38,980 nt of DNA from Acidimicrobiales bacterium (GCA_035304465.1 DATGPY010000211.1:1-38980), one strand, 5' to 3'. Positions 1 to 8,766 are shown, counted from the first letter of the stretch. Notes: generated from the sequence alone by a model not told the origin. Numbers and translations: made by a program.

Positions 1-558
1 GCGGCGGGCGATCTCCTTGTAGGTGTAGCCCCGGGCCAGCAGGCGGAGGACCTCCCGCTCCCGGGGCGTGAGCTGGTCGAGCTCGGGGTCGACCGCGGCA
101 CCGGGCGGCAGCGCGGCCGCGAAGGCGTCGAGGACGAAGCCGGCGAGGCGAGGGGAGAACACGGCGTCGCCGTCGCGCACCCGCACGATGGCGGCGGCCA
201 GCTCGTCGGGCGAGATGGTCTTCGTGACGTAGCCCCGGGCGCCGGCCCGGATGACCGCGATGACGTCCTCGGCGGCGTCGCTGACCGACAGCGCCAGGAA
301 CAGCACGTCGGGCAGCCCGGGCCGCACCGCGTCGATGACCGCCTGGCCGCCACCGCCGGGCAGGTGGACGTCGAGCAGCACGACGTCGGGCCGGGTGGCC
401 CGGATGCCCTCGACGGCCGACTCCACGTCGACCGCGTCGCCGACGATGTCGACGTCGACGTCCGCGCGGCCGGACAGCTCGGCCCGCACGCCGGCGAGGA
501 ACAGCCGGTGGTCGTCGACGAGGAAGACCCGGACCGGTCCGGTGCGCGCCCCGGTCAC
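1..558 (-). CDS. NarL/LuxR-family two-component response regulator (3' end cut by the window edge)
   Basis: Absent from the ORF track because it runs off the edge. Reverse-strand translation from GTG at 558 gives VTGARTGPVRVFLVDDHRLFLAGVRAEL..PDVVLLDVHLPGGGG..GARGYVTKTISPDEL..LTPREREVLRLLARGYTYKEIA. This is a REC domain followed by the start of a LuxR-type HTH. The GTGA start/stop overlap with the kinase gene (555-558) suggests translational coupling. Confidence 0.9.
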   Translation of the reverse strand, partial: MTGARTGPVRVFLVDDHRLFLAGVRAELSGRADVDVDIVGDAVDVESAVEGIRATRPDVVLLDVHLPGGGGQAVIDAVRPGLPDVLFLALSVSDAAEDVIAVIRAGARGYVTKTISPDELAAAIVRVRDGDAVFSPRLAGFVLDAFAAALPPGAAVDPELDQLTPREREVLRLLARGYTYKEIARR

Positions 559-1871
559 GGTGCCTCCACCCGGCCCCGGGCCACCCACAGGCTCACCTCG
601 GTGCCCTCGCCGGGCGCGCTCTGCACCTCGGCGGTGCCCCCGTGGCGGGCCATGCGGCGGACGATCGACTCGGCGATGCCCCGCCGGTCGCCGTCGACCG
701 CGCCCGGGTCGAAGCCCCGTCCCCGGTCGCGCACGTACGCCTCGACGGCGTGCTCCCCGACCTCCACGTAGACCGACACCTCCGGCACCCCGCTGTGCTT
801 GGCGGCGTTGACCACCGCCTCCCGCACGGCCTTCACCAGCGCGGCGACCCCCGCGTCGAGCGGGCAGTCGCCGACCCGCACGACGTCGACCTCGACGCCC
901 CGGTGGTCGACCTCCACCTCGTCGACGAGCCGGTCGAGCGCGGCCGACAGCGTCCCGGGACCGTCCTCGCCGGTCGGCCGCCCGTCCCGGTCCCGGTAGA
1001 GCCAGGCCCGCAGCTCCCGCTCCTGCCGCCGGGCGAGGCTGCGGGCCTGCGGCGGCACGTCGGGCTCCCGCTGGATGAGCGCCAGGGTCTGCAGCACGGA
1101 GTCGTGCAGGTGCGCGGCCACCTCGGCCCGCTCCTCGGTGCGGATCCGCTCGCGCCGCTCCTCCCGCAGCTCGGCGGCGAGGCGCACGATCCACGGCCCG
1201 AACAGGAGGCCGGCCCCGACGGCGGTGGCGAGCACGGCGACGCCGACCTGGCCGACGACGCCGGCGAAGGCCTGGTTGGTGGCGAGGAAGAGGCCGAGCC
1301 CGACCACGAGCAGCGCCCCGCCGGCGACGACCCGCACCCACAGCCAGCCGCCGCCCCGGAGGGCCTCGACCGGGTTGCCGGGCAGGCGGCCGGCCAGCTC
1401 GAGCCACCGGGCCCGCTCGCTGTCACCGGCCCGGGTCAGGACGAGGCCGGCGCCGACGGCGACGACGACGGCCGGCCACACGAGCCGGTCGGGGAAGAAC
1501 GGCACCGACCAGCGCACGAGCATGAGGACGCCGAGCGTGATGGCGCCGACGGCGAGCGCCAGCTCGGCGCTGCGGCGGGCGTCCTCGCCCGGCGCGCCCG
1601 CCGCCCTCGCCCCCGCGACCGGCTCGCCCGCCCCGTCGCCGACGGGCAGGACGGCCCAGGCCACCAGGTAGGCCAGCGCGCCCACCCCGTTGGCCAAGGT
1701 GAGGATCGCGGTGGCCAGCCGGATCACGACCGGGTCGACGCCCAGCCACCGGGCCACGCCGGCGCACACGCCCGCGGCGACGCCCTCGTGCGGGAGCCGC
1801 ACGAGGTCGGGCGGGAGACCCGGCAGGCGGGACGGCGGGCTCGGCGATCGGGCATCCATGGTCCGGTCCAT
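555..1871 (-). CDS. PspC-domain sensor histidine kinase (HisKA_3/LiaS-like)
   Basis: The N-terminus GVCAGVARWLGVDPVVIRLATAILTLANGVGALAYLVAWAVLP is a PspC domain. Several TM segments follow, then the H-box EVAAHLHDSVLQTLALIQ (HisKA_3) and an HATPase_c region (VNAAKHSG..DRGRGFDP..GTAEV). An alternative ATG lies at 1859. Confidence 0.9.
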   Translation of the reverse strand: MDRTMDARSPSPPSRLPGLPPDLVRLPHEGVAAGVCAGVARWLGVDPVVIRLATAILTLANGVGALAYLVAWAVLPVGDGAGEPVAGARAAGAPGEDARRSAELALAVGAITLGVLMLVRWSVPFFPDRLVWPAVVVAVGAGLVLTRAGDSERARWLELAGRLPGNPVEALRGGGWLWVRVVAGGALLVVGLGLFLATNQAFAGVVGQVGVAVLATAVGAGLLFGPWIVRLAAELREERRERIRTEERAEVAAHLHDSVLQTLALIQREPDVPPQARSLARRQERELRAWLYRDRDGRPTGEDGPGTLSAALDRLVDEVEVDHRGVEVDVVRVGDCPLDAGVAALVKAVREAVVNAAKHSGVPEVSVYVEVGEHAVEAYVRDRGRGFDPGAVDGDRRGIAESIVRRMARHGGTAEVQSAPGEGTEVSLWVARGRVEAP

Positions 1872-1910
1872 GATGACGACTCCGGGTGCGCCCGCGCCTC
1901 CGGGACCCGG

Positions 1911-1926
1911 TCAGGGACATCCCTGA
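1911..1926. promoter_or_regulatory. palindrome TCAGGGA-CA-TCCCTGA in the kinase / PspC-LiaF divergent promoter region
   Basis: Perfect 7-bp arms are read directly from the sequence, centred between the divergent starts at 1871 and 1962. NarL/LiaR-type regulators bind inverted repeats. Confidence 0.4.
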
Positions 1927-1961
1927 TTGTCGGGCCCGCGGGCGACGCGCACGATGGCCCC

Positions 1962-3242
1962 ATGGACCGACCCTCCTCCGCTCCCCCGCGCCCCGAGGCG
2001 CGCGACGACACCGGGCGGCGGCTGGTGCGCGAGCCCGAGGACCGCCTGATCGCCGGCGTCTGTGCCGGCCTGGCCGACCACCTCGGCTTGGACGTCTCGC
2101 TCGTGCGCCTCGCGGCCGTGCTGCTGACCCTGCTCACGCCCGCGCCGGTCGTCGCCTACGTCGTGGCCGCCGCCGTGCTGCCCGAGCGCGCCCCGGACCA
2201 GCCCCGCCGGCGCGCCCCGGCCCGCGACGTGCCGTCGGCCGCACTGCTGGGCGTGCTGGCGATCGTGGTCGCCCTGGCGCTGCTCGGGGACCACCGGTGG
2301 TGGTTCGACCCGTTCCCGGCCGGCGTGCTGCTGGTGGGCGTCGGCGTCTGGATGGTCGTGCAGGCCCGTGGTGACCGCCGGGTGCCCCCGCCGGCCGGCC
2401 ACACCGGCGACGCGCCGACCGGCAACCCCGACGACCAGGCGTCTGTGACAGTTTCGCAACTTTCCGACGCAGAGCGTGATCGGAGCACTACAGTTGGGTA
2501 CGGGTCGTCCGAGGGGGCGATCCGGACCGACGGTGGACCACCAGGTGAGACTTCTCCCCCGGCCTCGCCCCGGTGGTCCACCGGAGCCCCTGCCACCGCC
2601 GAGGCGCCGGCCCGACCGGCGAGGCGCTGGTCGGGCCCGAGCGCCGTCGCCGGCGCGCTGCTGCTCGTGGGCACCGGCGTCCTGTGGCTGATCGACGCCC
2701 TCGACGTCGCAGACGTGTCGCGGGAGGCGGCGCTCGGCTGGGGGCTGGTCGGCATCGGCGCCGCCCTCGTCGTGGGCGCCTGGTACGGCGGTGCGTGGCC
2801 ACTGCTGCCCGTGGCCGTCGTCCTCGCCCTCGTCCTCGCGGCCGGCGAGGTCCTCGGCGTCCCCCTCGACGCCGGCACCGGCGAGCGCCGGGTGGTGATC
2901 GAGACCGCGGACCAGCTCGACGAGCGGCACGAGCTGCTGGCCGGCCGGCTCGAGCTCGACCTGCGGGACGCGCCGCTGTCCCGGACGCGGGTGCAGGAGC
3001 TCCAGGCCGCGGTCGGGGCCGGCCACCTGCGGGTCGTCGTCCCCCGCGACGCGGATGTCGAGGTCCGGGCCCGGACCCGGGTGGGCGCGGTCCTCGCCGA
3101 GCGCGGCACCCGGATCGACAACCGGGTCGAGAACGGGGCCTTCGTCGACCAGCGGTTCACGCTCGACGCCCCCGGCGCCGGCCCGAGGCTCGAGCTCGAC
3201 CTGCAGGTGGGACTGGGCAAGATCGAGGTGGACCGTGGCTAG
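1962..3242 (+). CDS. PspC-domain membrane protein with a LiaF-like (DUF2154-type) C-terminal domain
   Basis: This is the coding-looking part of ORF 642..3242, starting at the in-frame ATG at 1962 (MDRPSSAPP..). RLIAGVCAGLADHLGLDVSLVRLAAVLLTLLTPAPVVAYVVAAAVLP is a PspC domain. TM segments follow, and the C-terminal beta-rich repeat pattern (GRLELDLRDA..GHLRVVVPRDADVEVRARTRVGAV..LELDLQVGLGKIEVD) is typical of LiaF-like cell-wall stress proteins. The gene is divergent from the kinase. Confidence 0.8.
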   Translation: MDRPSSAPPRPEARDDTGRRLVREPEDRLIAGVCAGLADHLGLDVSLVRLAAVLLTLLTPAPVVAYVVAAAVLPERAPDQPRRRAPARDVPSAALLGVLAIVVALALLGDHRWWFDPFPAGVLLVGVGVWMVVQARGDRRVPPPAGHTGDAPTGNPDDQASVTVSQLSDAERDRSTTVGYGSSEGAIRTDGGPPGETSPPASPRWSTGAPATAEAPARPARRWSGPSAVAGALLLVGTGVLWLIDALDVADVSREAALGWGLVGIGAALVVGAWYGGAWPLLPVAVVLALVLAAGEVLGVPLDAGTGERRVVIETADQLDERHELLAGRLELDLRDAPLSRTRVQELQAAVGAGHLRVVVPRDADVEVRARTRVGAVLAERGTRIDNRVENGAFVDQRFTLDAPGAGPRLELDLQVGLGKIEVDRG

Positions 3243-3456
3243 GCGCCGCTTCGACCCCGTGTCGTTCGTCCTCGGTTGCGTCACCGTCGCGGCGGGCGTC
3301 GTCGTGCTGACCGGCGGCGAGCTGATCGAGGAGGCCCGCTGGCTGGCGCCCGCCACGCTCATCGGCGTCGGCGTGGCCGTGCTGGTGCGGCTCGGCCGTC
3401 GCCACGCCGGGAGCGCCGGCGCCGCGGACGGTGCCGGCACCGCCGGCGACGGGTGA
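3235..3456 (+). CDS. small two-TM membrane protein (hypothetical)
   Basis: A GTG at 3235 overlaps the preceding stop by 8 nt. Translation is VARRRFDPVSFVLGCVTVAAGVVVLTGGELIEEARWLAPATLIGVGVAVLVRLGRR.., with two hydrophobic helices and high third-position GC. Function is unknown. Confidence 0.5.
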   Translation: MARRRFDPVSFVLGCVTVAAGVVVLTGGELIEEARWLAPATLIGVGVAVLVRLGRRHAGSAGAADGAGTAGDG

Positions 3457-3501
3457 GGCCGCGACCGGCCGGCCGGGGACCGGCCGGGACCGCCCGGCGG
3501 G

Positions 3502-4356
3502 TCAGCCCGCCAGCACCGCCCGGGCCACCAGGTCGGTGCCGAAGGCGGTGAGGATCGCCAGGTACAGGAGGCCGGTCGCGGCCATGACGGCCGAGTAGTA
3601 GCGCTCGCGCAGCGCCGCCCGGGTGACGGCGACGAGGCCGATCGTGGTCACGGCGCACGCCACCCAGAACCACCCGAGCATGCCGCCGTAGCCGTCGTCG
3701 ATCGAGCCGTCCAGCACCGAAACCATGCCGGTCGGCCACAGCAAGGCCCCGACCTCGAAGGGCCAGATGATGCCGGTCCAGCGCACCATCTCGATGAGCG
3801 GCCGGCGAGCGAGCCCCGGCTGCACCAGGTACCAGTGGCCGAGCAGCATCCCGTCGGAGATCGAGCCGAGGAAGGCGGCGCCGACCAGCACCCGCACGAC
3901 CGACAGCAGGGCCGGGTCGCCGGCGTCGATGCCCGCCGCCACCAGCCCCGGCACGCCGACCAGCGGCGCGACCAGGTCGAGCGCCGGCGGGAACTCGGGG
4001 ACCTCGGTGTCGGGCCCGTCCGGCCGGCGGTCGATGCCGGTCATGGCGGCGACCCGGGCCGACCGCCGCTCGCGCCGGGCCCGCTCACCGGCCACCCCGG
4101 CCTTGCGCCGCACGATGGACACGCCCAGCGCGACCCCGGCCGCGGCCACGACGCCCGCCGCCGAGGCCTCGCGCAACGGCACGGGGTCGAGCCAGGCGCC
4201 GACGGCCAGCGCCGCGAGCGCCATGAGCATGTAGGTGCCGCGCAGCAGCCAGCCGTAGCCGATGCCCACCTCGCGCCCGCGCGTGGTCACCCACAGGAAC
4301 AGCAGGCCGCCGACGGCCCACTGCAGCAGCACGGTCGCGGCGTCGAGGCGGATCAC
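3502..4356 (-). CDS. integral membrane protein, unknown function
   Basis: This is the coding-looking part of ORF 3502..4863. An in-frame GTG at 4356 gives VIRLDAATVLLQWAVGGLLFLWV.. The protein has about 7 hydrophobic segments, a charged loop (RRKAGVAGERARRERRSARV) and the motif LLGHWYLVQPGL. The N-terminal 169 codons of the track ORF are Arg/Gly-rich noise. Confidence 0.7.
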   Translation of the reverse strand: MIRLDAATVLLQWAVGGLLFLWVTTRGREVGIGYGWLLRGTYMLMALAALAVGAWLDPVPLREASAAGVVAAAGVALGVSIVRRKAGVAGERARRERRSARVAAMTGIDRRPDGPDTEVPEFPPALDLVAPLVGVPGLVAAGIDAGDPALLSVVRVLVGAAFLGSISDGMLLGHWYLVQPGLARRPLIEMVRWTGIIWPFEVGALLWPTGMVSVLDGSIDDGYGGMLGWFWVACAVTTIGLVAVTRAALRERYYSAVMAATGLLYLAILTAFGTDLVARAVLAG

Positions 4357-4409
4357 GGCGGCGAGGGTAGGTCCCGGCCCGCCAGGCCGGGCAATCCGGC
4401 CCGGCGCCG

Positions 4410-5516
4410 TCAGCCCTCGACGACGGCGAGGCCGTGGTCGACCCGGTTGAGCGGCTCGGGGCCCGCGTCCGTGGCCACGACGATGTCCTCGAGCCGCAGC
4501 CCGAAGCGGCCCGGCACGTAGATGCCCGGCTCGATCGAGAAGGCGTGGCCCGGGGCCAGCGGCGTGGCGTTGCCGGCCACGATGTAGGGGTCCTCGTGCT
4601 CCTCGACGCCGATGCCGTGACCCGTGCGGTGGACGAACCTGTCGCCGTGGCCGGCCTCGGTGATGATCCGCCGCGCCGTGGCGTCGACCTGCTCGCACGG
4701 CGTGCCGACGGTGGCCGCGGCGACCGCCGCCCGCTGGGCCTCGTGCAGCACCGCGTAGGCGTCCCGCACCTCGGGCGGGGGCTCGCCGACGTGCACGCAG
4801 CGGGTGATGTCGCTGCAGTAGCCGATCCCCAGCTCGTCGTCCATCGTGCCCCCGACGTCGCACAGGACGACGTCCCCGGGCCGGATGGTGCGGCCGCCCG
4901 GCTCGTGGTGGGGGCTGGCGGCGTTCTCGCCGGCGGCGACGATGGCGAAGTTGACCCGGCGGTGTCCCTCCTCGACGATCCGCCGCCCGAGCTCCGCGGC
5001 CACCTCGGCCTCGGTCCGGCCGACCAGCGGGATCTCGCCGGCCTGCAGCGCGGCGGCGACGCGGTCGACCGCGGCGGCCGCCCGGCGCAGCGCCGCCACC
5101 TCGCCCTCGTCCTTCACCGCCCGCAGCGGGCCCGTCACCCGGTCGGCGCGCACGAACCGGGCGTGCGGGCAGGCGGCCTGCAGGTCGATCACGAACCGGG
5201 CCCAGGTGCGGTCGCCGATCGCCACCGTCGCCGCCCGGCCGACCCGCTCGGCAACCAGGCGGACGGGGTCCTCGGTCTCGTCCCAGGCCAGCAGCTCGAA
5301 GACCTCGGGGCGCTCGACGACGCGGGGCGCCTCCAGCCGGGGGACGACGAGCGTGGCGTCCCCGTCGCGGGGCAGGACGAGCATGGTCAGCCGCTCGAGC
5401 GGCATGGCCTCGTAGCCGGTGAGCCAGGGGAGCTCGGGCCCGGCCGACAGCAGCAGGACGTCGACACCCAGCTCGGCCATGCGGTCCCGGACCCGGGTGG
5501 CACGCTCGGTCAGCAC
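4410..5516 (-). CDS. M24-family Xaa-Pro dipeptidase/aminopeptidase P-like
   Basis: The start is GTG at 5516 (VLTERATRVRDRMAELGVDVLLLS), giving a creatinase-like N-domain. The metal-ligand motifs of the pita-bread fold are present: VVLCDVGG..GYCSDITR, HRTGHGIGVEEHE, FSIEPGIY, LRLEDIVV. Confidence 0.9.
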   Translation of the reverse strand: MLTERATRVRDRMAELGVDVLLLSAGPELPWLTGYEAMPLERLTMLVLPRDGDATLVVPRLEAPRVVERPEVFELLAWDETEDPVRLVAERVGRAATVAIGDRTWARFVIDLQAACPHARFVRADRVTGPLRAVKDEGEVAALRRAAAAVDRVAAALQAGEIPLVGRTEAEVAAELGRRIVEEGHRRVNFAIVAAGENAASPHHEPGGRTIRPGDVVLCDVGGTMDDELGIGYCSDITRCVHVGEPPPEVRDAYAVLHEAQRAAVAAATVGTPCEQVDATARRIITEAGHGDRFVHRTGHGIGVEEHEDPYIVAGNATPLAPGHAFSIEPGIYVPGRFGLRLEDIVVATDAGPEPLNRVDHGLAVVEG

Positions 5517-5539
5517 GACGGCCGGCCCTGGGGACGCGC

Positions 5540-7270
5540 TCAGCCCGTGGCCGCGCCGGCCGGCGAGGCCGCGCCCGCGGCGCCGGCGGCCTCCCGGGCG
5601 TGGTAGCTCGACCGGGTGAGCGGGCTGGACTCGACGTGCGGGATGCCCATGGCCTCGCCCGCCTCCTTGTAGCGGGCGAAGGTGGCGGGCTCGACCCACC
5701 GGGCCACCGGGAGGTGGTGGGTCGTGGGCCGCAGGTACTGCCCGATGGTGACGATGTCGACGCCGATCGCGCGCAGGTCGGCCAGCGTGGCGACGACCTC
5801 GTCGTCGGTCTCCCCCATGCCGACGATCAGGCCCGACTTGGTGGTGAGGCCGGCCTCCTTGGCCCGGGCCAGCACGGCGAGGCTGCGTGCGTAGCCGGCC
5901 GACGGGCGCACCGCCCGCTGCAGCCGCGGCACGGTCTCGACGTTGTGGTTCAGCACGTCGGGCCGGGCGGCGAAGATCGTGCCCAGCGCCTCCTCGTCGC
6001 CCTTGCAGTCGGGGACCAGCACCTCCACCTGCACCCCCGGGGTGCGCCGGCGGATGGCGGCGATGGTGGCCGCGAAGGCGCCGGCGCCGCCGTCGGGCAG
6101 GTCGTCCCGTGCCACGGCGGTGACGACGGCGAAGCCGAGGCCCATGCGCTCGACGGCCTCGGCGACCCGCTCGGGCTCGCCGGGGTCGAGCGGCTCCGGG
6201 TGCCGGGTGTCGACGAGGCAGAACCCGCAGGCCCGGGTGCAGCGCTCGCCGTTGATCATGAAGGTCGCCGTGCCGTCCGCCCAGCAGTCGAAGATGTTGG
6301 GGCAGCCGGCCTCCTCGCACACCGTCACCAGGTCCAGCTCGCGCATCGTGCGCTTCAGGCGCAGGTACGAGGGGTCGGTGCGGAAGGTCGGCCGCAGCCA
6401 CTCGGGCTTGCGCTCGGCGATGTGCAGCCCCTCGGTGACCCCGGCCGCCGCCAGCCGGCCCCGCAGGCGCACGGGCACGCCCTCGTCGGGTGCGCCGGCC
6501 CGGTGGCCGTCGCCGCCGGCGACACGACCCGACGCGGCGATCGCCCGCCCAGGGCCCTCGCCGCGGCTGAAGGCGGAGAGGTCCTCGGGCCGGTGGCGCC
6601 AGGCGACGTCCTGGCGCTCGACCCCGTCCCGGCCCCACAGCGCCGTGGCCCGGGCGGCGACGGCGTCGACGACCTCGCGCATCGGGACGTCGACGCCCTC
6701 GTCGGCCAGCGAGGTCACCCGCTTGTCGGGGATGCCGCAGGGGACGATGTAGCCCCAGTACCGCATGTCGGGCGCCACGTTGAGGGCGAAGCCGTGCATC
6801 GACCGGCCCCGGGAGAGGCGCACGCCGATGGCGGCGATCTTGCGCGGGTCGTCGCCCTCGGGGTCGACCCACACGCCGGGGTACCCCGGCAGCCGCCCGG
6901 CGTTCGGCAGGCCGACGTCCGCCAGCGCGTCGATGACCAGCTGCTCGACCGACCGCACGTAGGCGACGGTGTCGGCCTTGCCGTGCCGCACGCCGTGCTT
7001 CGGCGGCAGCGACACGATCGGGTAGCCGACGAGCTGCCCCGGCCCGTGGTAGGTGACGTCGCCGCCCCGGTCGGTGCGCACGAGCTCGGCGCCGACGTCC
7101 TCCGGTCGCACCAGCACGTGGCGCATGTCGGCCCGCACGCCGAGCGTGTAGACGTGCGGGTGCTCCAGCAGGAGCAGGTGATCGTCGGGCGAGGTGGTGT
7201 GCAGCGCCCGTTGCAGGGCCCAGGCCTCCCGGTACGGGACCCGGCCCAGCCAGCGCACCCGGAGCGTCAT
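5540..7270 (-). CDS. lipB/lipA: octanoyltransferase LipB fused in frame to lipoyl synthase LipA (single 576-codon ORF)
   Basis: ATG at 7270 (MTLRVRWLGRVPYREAWALQ..) opens a LipB domain: TDRGGDVTYHGPGQLVGYP, KIAAIGVRLSRGRSMHGFALNV, PCGI. There is no stop codon before the LipA domain (about 5540..6478). That domain carries RKPEWLR, the N-terminal cluster CEEAGCPNIFDC and the radical-SAM motif CTRACGFC, then NHNVETVPRL, GLIVGMGET and SSPLTRSSYHA. Internal GTGs at 6478 and 6472 could also start LipA alone. Confidence 0.85.
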   Translation of the reverse strand: MTLRVRWLGRVPYREAWALQRALHTTSPDDHLLLLEHPHVYTLGVRADMRHVLVRPEDVGAELVRTDRGGDVTYHGPGQLVGYPIVSLPPKHGVRHGKADTVAYVRSVEQLVIDALADVGLPNAGRLPGYPGVWVDPEGDDPRKIAAIGVRLSRGRSMHGFALNVAPDMRYWGYIVPCGIPDKRVTSLADEGVDVPMREVVDAVAARATALWGRDGVERQDVAWRHRPEDLSAFSRGEGPGRAIAASGRVAGGDGHRAGAPDEGVPVRLRGRLAAAGVTEGLHIAERKPEWLRPTFRTDPSYLRLKRTMRELDLVTVCEEAGCPNIFDCWADGTATFMINGERCTRACGFCLVDTRHPEPLDPGEPERVAEAVERMGLGFAVVTAVARDDLPDGGAGAFAATIAAIRRRTPGVQVEVLVPDCKGDEEALGTIFAARPDVLNHNVETVPRLQRAVRPSAGYARSLAVLARAKEAGLTTKSGLIVGMGETDDEVVATLADLRAIGVDIVTIGQYLRPTTHHLPVARWVEPATFARYKEAGEAMGIPHVESSPLTRSSYHAREAAGAAGAASPAGAATG

Positions 7271-7272
7271 CG

Positions 7273-8766
7273 CTACGCCAGCTCGGCGGACCAGTCGCGG
7301 GTCTCGAGGACCTCCTTCACCTTCCGCAGGAAGGAGGCGGCGTACGCGCCGTCGAAGGCCCGGTGGTCCCACGTGAGGGTCAGGTTGCCGGTCGCGTGGA
7401 TGCCGATGCCCTCGCTGCCGTCCGGCAGCTCGACGACGACCGGCCGGCGCTTCACCGCGTCGGTGGACAGGATCGCCACCTGGGGCTGGTTGATGATCGG
7501 CATGGTGAGGGTCGTGCCGAACGGCCCCGGGTTGGTGATGGTGAACGTGCCGCCGGCGATGTCGTCGGGGCTCAGCTGCTTGGCCCGGGCCCGGCGGGCG
7601 AGGTCGGCCACCTCGCGGGCGATCGCCCGCAGCCGCTTGCCGTCGGCGTCGCGGACGACCGGGACCATCAGGCCCTTGAAGTCGAGGTCGACGGCGATGC
7701 CGAGGTTGACGTAGTTGTGCACGATCAGCTCGTTCTCGCCGAAGGTGGCGTTGACCTCGGGGAACTCGCGGATGGCGTCGACCACGGCCCGGCTGATGAA
7801 GGGCAGGTAGGTGAGGCTGAAGCCCTCCTCGGCCTTGAACCGCGCGCCCTCGGCCCGGCGCACCTGCTCGACCGCCTCGTAGTCGACCTCGATCGACGCG
7901 TAGACGTGGGCCGAGGTCTGCTTCGAGCGGATCATGTGCTCGGCGGTGCGCCGGCGGATGTTGCTGTGCGGGACGACCGTGTCCCGCTCGCCGGCCCGGG
8001 CCGCCGGCTGGGGCGCCGGCGCCGGCGCCGGGGCCTGGGGCGCCGCGGGCGCCGCCGGCGGGGCGGCGGGTGCCGCCGGGGCCGTCGCGGTGGCGGCGCC
8101 CTTGTCGAGGACGGCGAGGACGTCGTTGCGGGTGATGCGGCCGCCGGGGCCGGTGCCCCGGATCTGCGACGGGTCGAGGTCGTTCTCGCGGATCAGGCGC
8201 CGGACGACCGGCGACAGCAGCCGCTGCTCGCCGTCGGTGCTCGGCTGGCCGCCGGCGACCGCGGGCTGCTCGGGCGGCGTGGGCTGGGCGGCCGGGGCCG
8301 GGGGCTGCTGGGTGGTGGCCGGGGCCGGTTCGGCCCGGGGCGGCGCCTCGGCCTCGGCGGGTGGGGCCGGTGCCGGTGGCGGCGGGGTCACCGCCGCCTG
8401 CTGCTCGGCCGCCGGGGCGGCCGCGGGCGCAGCGGCCCCGTTGGCCTGGGCGGCCTCGGGCGCCTGCTGCTCGGCCGCGGGCGCCTCGGCCGGCGGCGCC
8501 TCCTCGGCGGCGGCACCACCGCCGTCGGCGGGCGCGTCGCCCACCCGGGCGAGCACGGCGCCGACCTCGACCGTCTCGCCCTCCTGGACGAGGATCTCGG
8601 ACAGGGTGCCGCTCACCGGCGAGGGCACCTCGGAGTCGACCTTGTCGGTCGAGACCTCGAAGAGCGGCTCGTCCTCGGCGACCTGGTCGCCGACCTGCTT
8701 GAACCAGCGGGTGATGGTGCCCTCGGTCACGGTCTCGCCGAGCTGGGGCATCTGGATGTCGACCAT
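7273..8766 (-). CDS. sucB: dihydrolipoamide acyltransferase (E2 of a 2-oxoacid dehydrogenase complex)
   Basis: MVDIQMPQLGETVTEGTITRWFKQVGDQV..FEVSTDKVDSEVPSP is a lipoyl domain with the lipoyl-lysine motif. Ala/Pro-rich linkers follow, then a peripheral subunit-binding domain (LSPVVRRLIRENDLDPSQIRGTGPGGRITRNDV). The catalytic domain ends in LTLTWDHRAFDGAYAASFL. Confidence 0.95.
   Translation of the reverse strand: MVDIQMPQLGETVTEGTITRWFKQVGDQVAEDEPLFEVSTDKVDSEVPSPVSGTLSEILVQEGETVEVGAVLARVGDAPADGGGAAAEEAPPAEAPAAEQQAPEAAQANGAAAPAAAPAAEQQAAVTPPPPAPAPPAEAEAPPRAEPAPATTQQPPAPAAQPTPPEQPAVAGGQPSTDGEQRLLSPVVRRLIRENDLDPSQIRGTGPGGRITRNDVLAVLDKGAATATAPAAPAAPPAAPAAPQAPAPAPAPQPAARAGERDTVVPHSNIRRRTAEHMIRSKQTSAHVYASIEVDYEAVEQVRRAEGARFKAEEGFSLTYLPFISRAVVDAIREFPEVNATFGENELIVHNYVNLGIAVDLDFKGLMVPVVRDADGKRLRAIAREVADLARRARAKQLSPDDIAGGTFTITNPGPFGTTLTMPIINQPQVAILSTDAVKRRPVVVELPDGSEGIGIHATGNLTLTWDHRAFDGAYAASFLRKVKEVLETRDWSAELA

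Noticed and set aside
642-1961. N-terminal 440 codons of the 866-aa ORF 642..3242 (+), and similar long ORFs at 251..811, 1075..1671 and 1911..3440
   Set aside because: They are antisense or off-frame to the well-supported kinase and PspC genes. Their translations are dominated by Arg/Pro/Gly/Ala/His with no recognisable motifs, the usual stop-free shadow frames of ~72% GC DNA.
6472-6478. Annotating lipA as a separate gene from the internal GTG starts
   Set aside because: It is possible as an additional translation start. However, lipB has no in-frame stop upstream, so a separate-gene model cannot terminate LipB. The single fused ORF is what the sequence shows.
4410-7714. Track ORFs 4410..6872 (-, 820 aa), 4434..5606 (+), 5600..7714 (+, 704 aa) and 5943..6752 (+)
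   Set aside because: Only the C-terminal 368 codons of 4410..6872 match an M24 peptidase; the rest is an alternative frame of the lipA gene. The plus-strand ORFs are antisense to pepQ-like, lipB/lipA and E2 genes and are compositionally non-protein-like.
7990-8540. Highly repetitive GC-rich triplet sequence that looks like a tandem repeat array
   Set aside because: It encodes the Ala/Pro-rich flexible linkers of the E2 acyltransferase (PAPAPAP.., AAPAAAPAA..). This is coding low complexity, not a CRISPR or satellite repeat.
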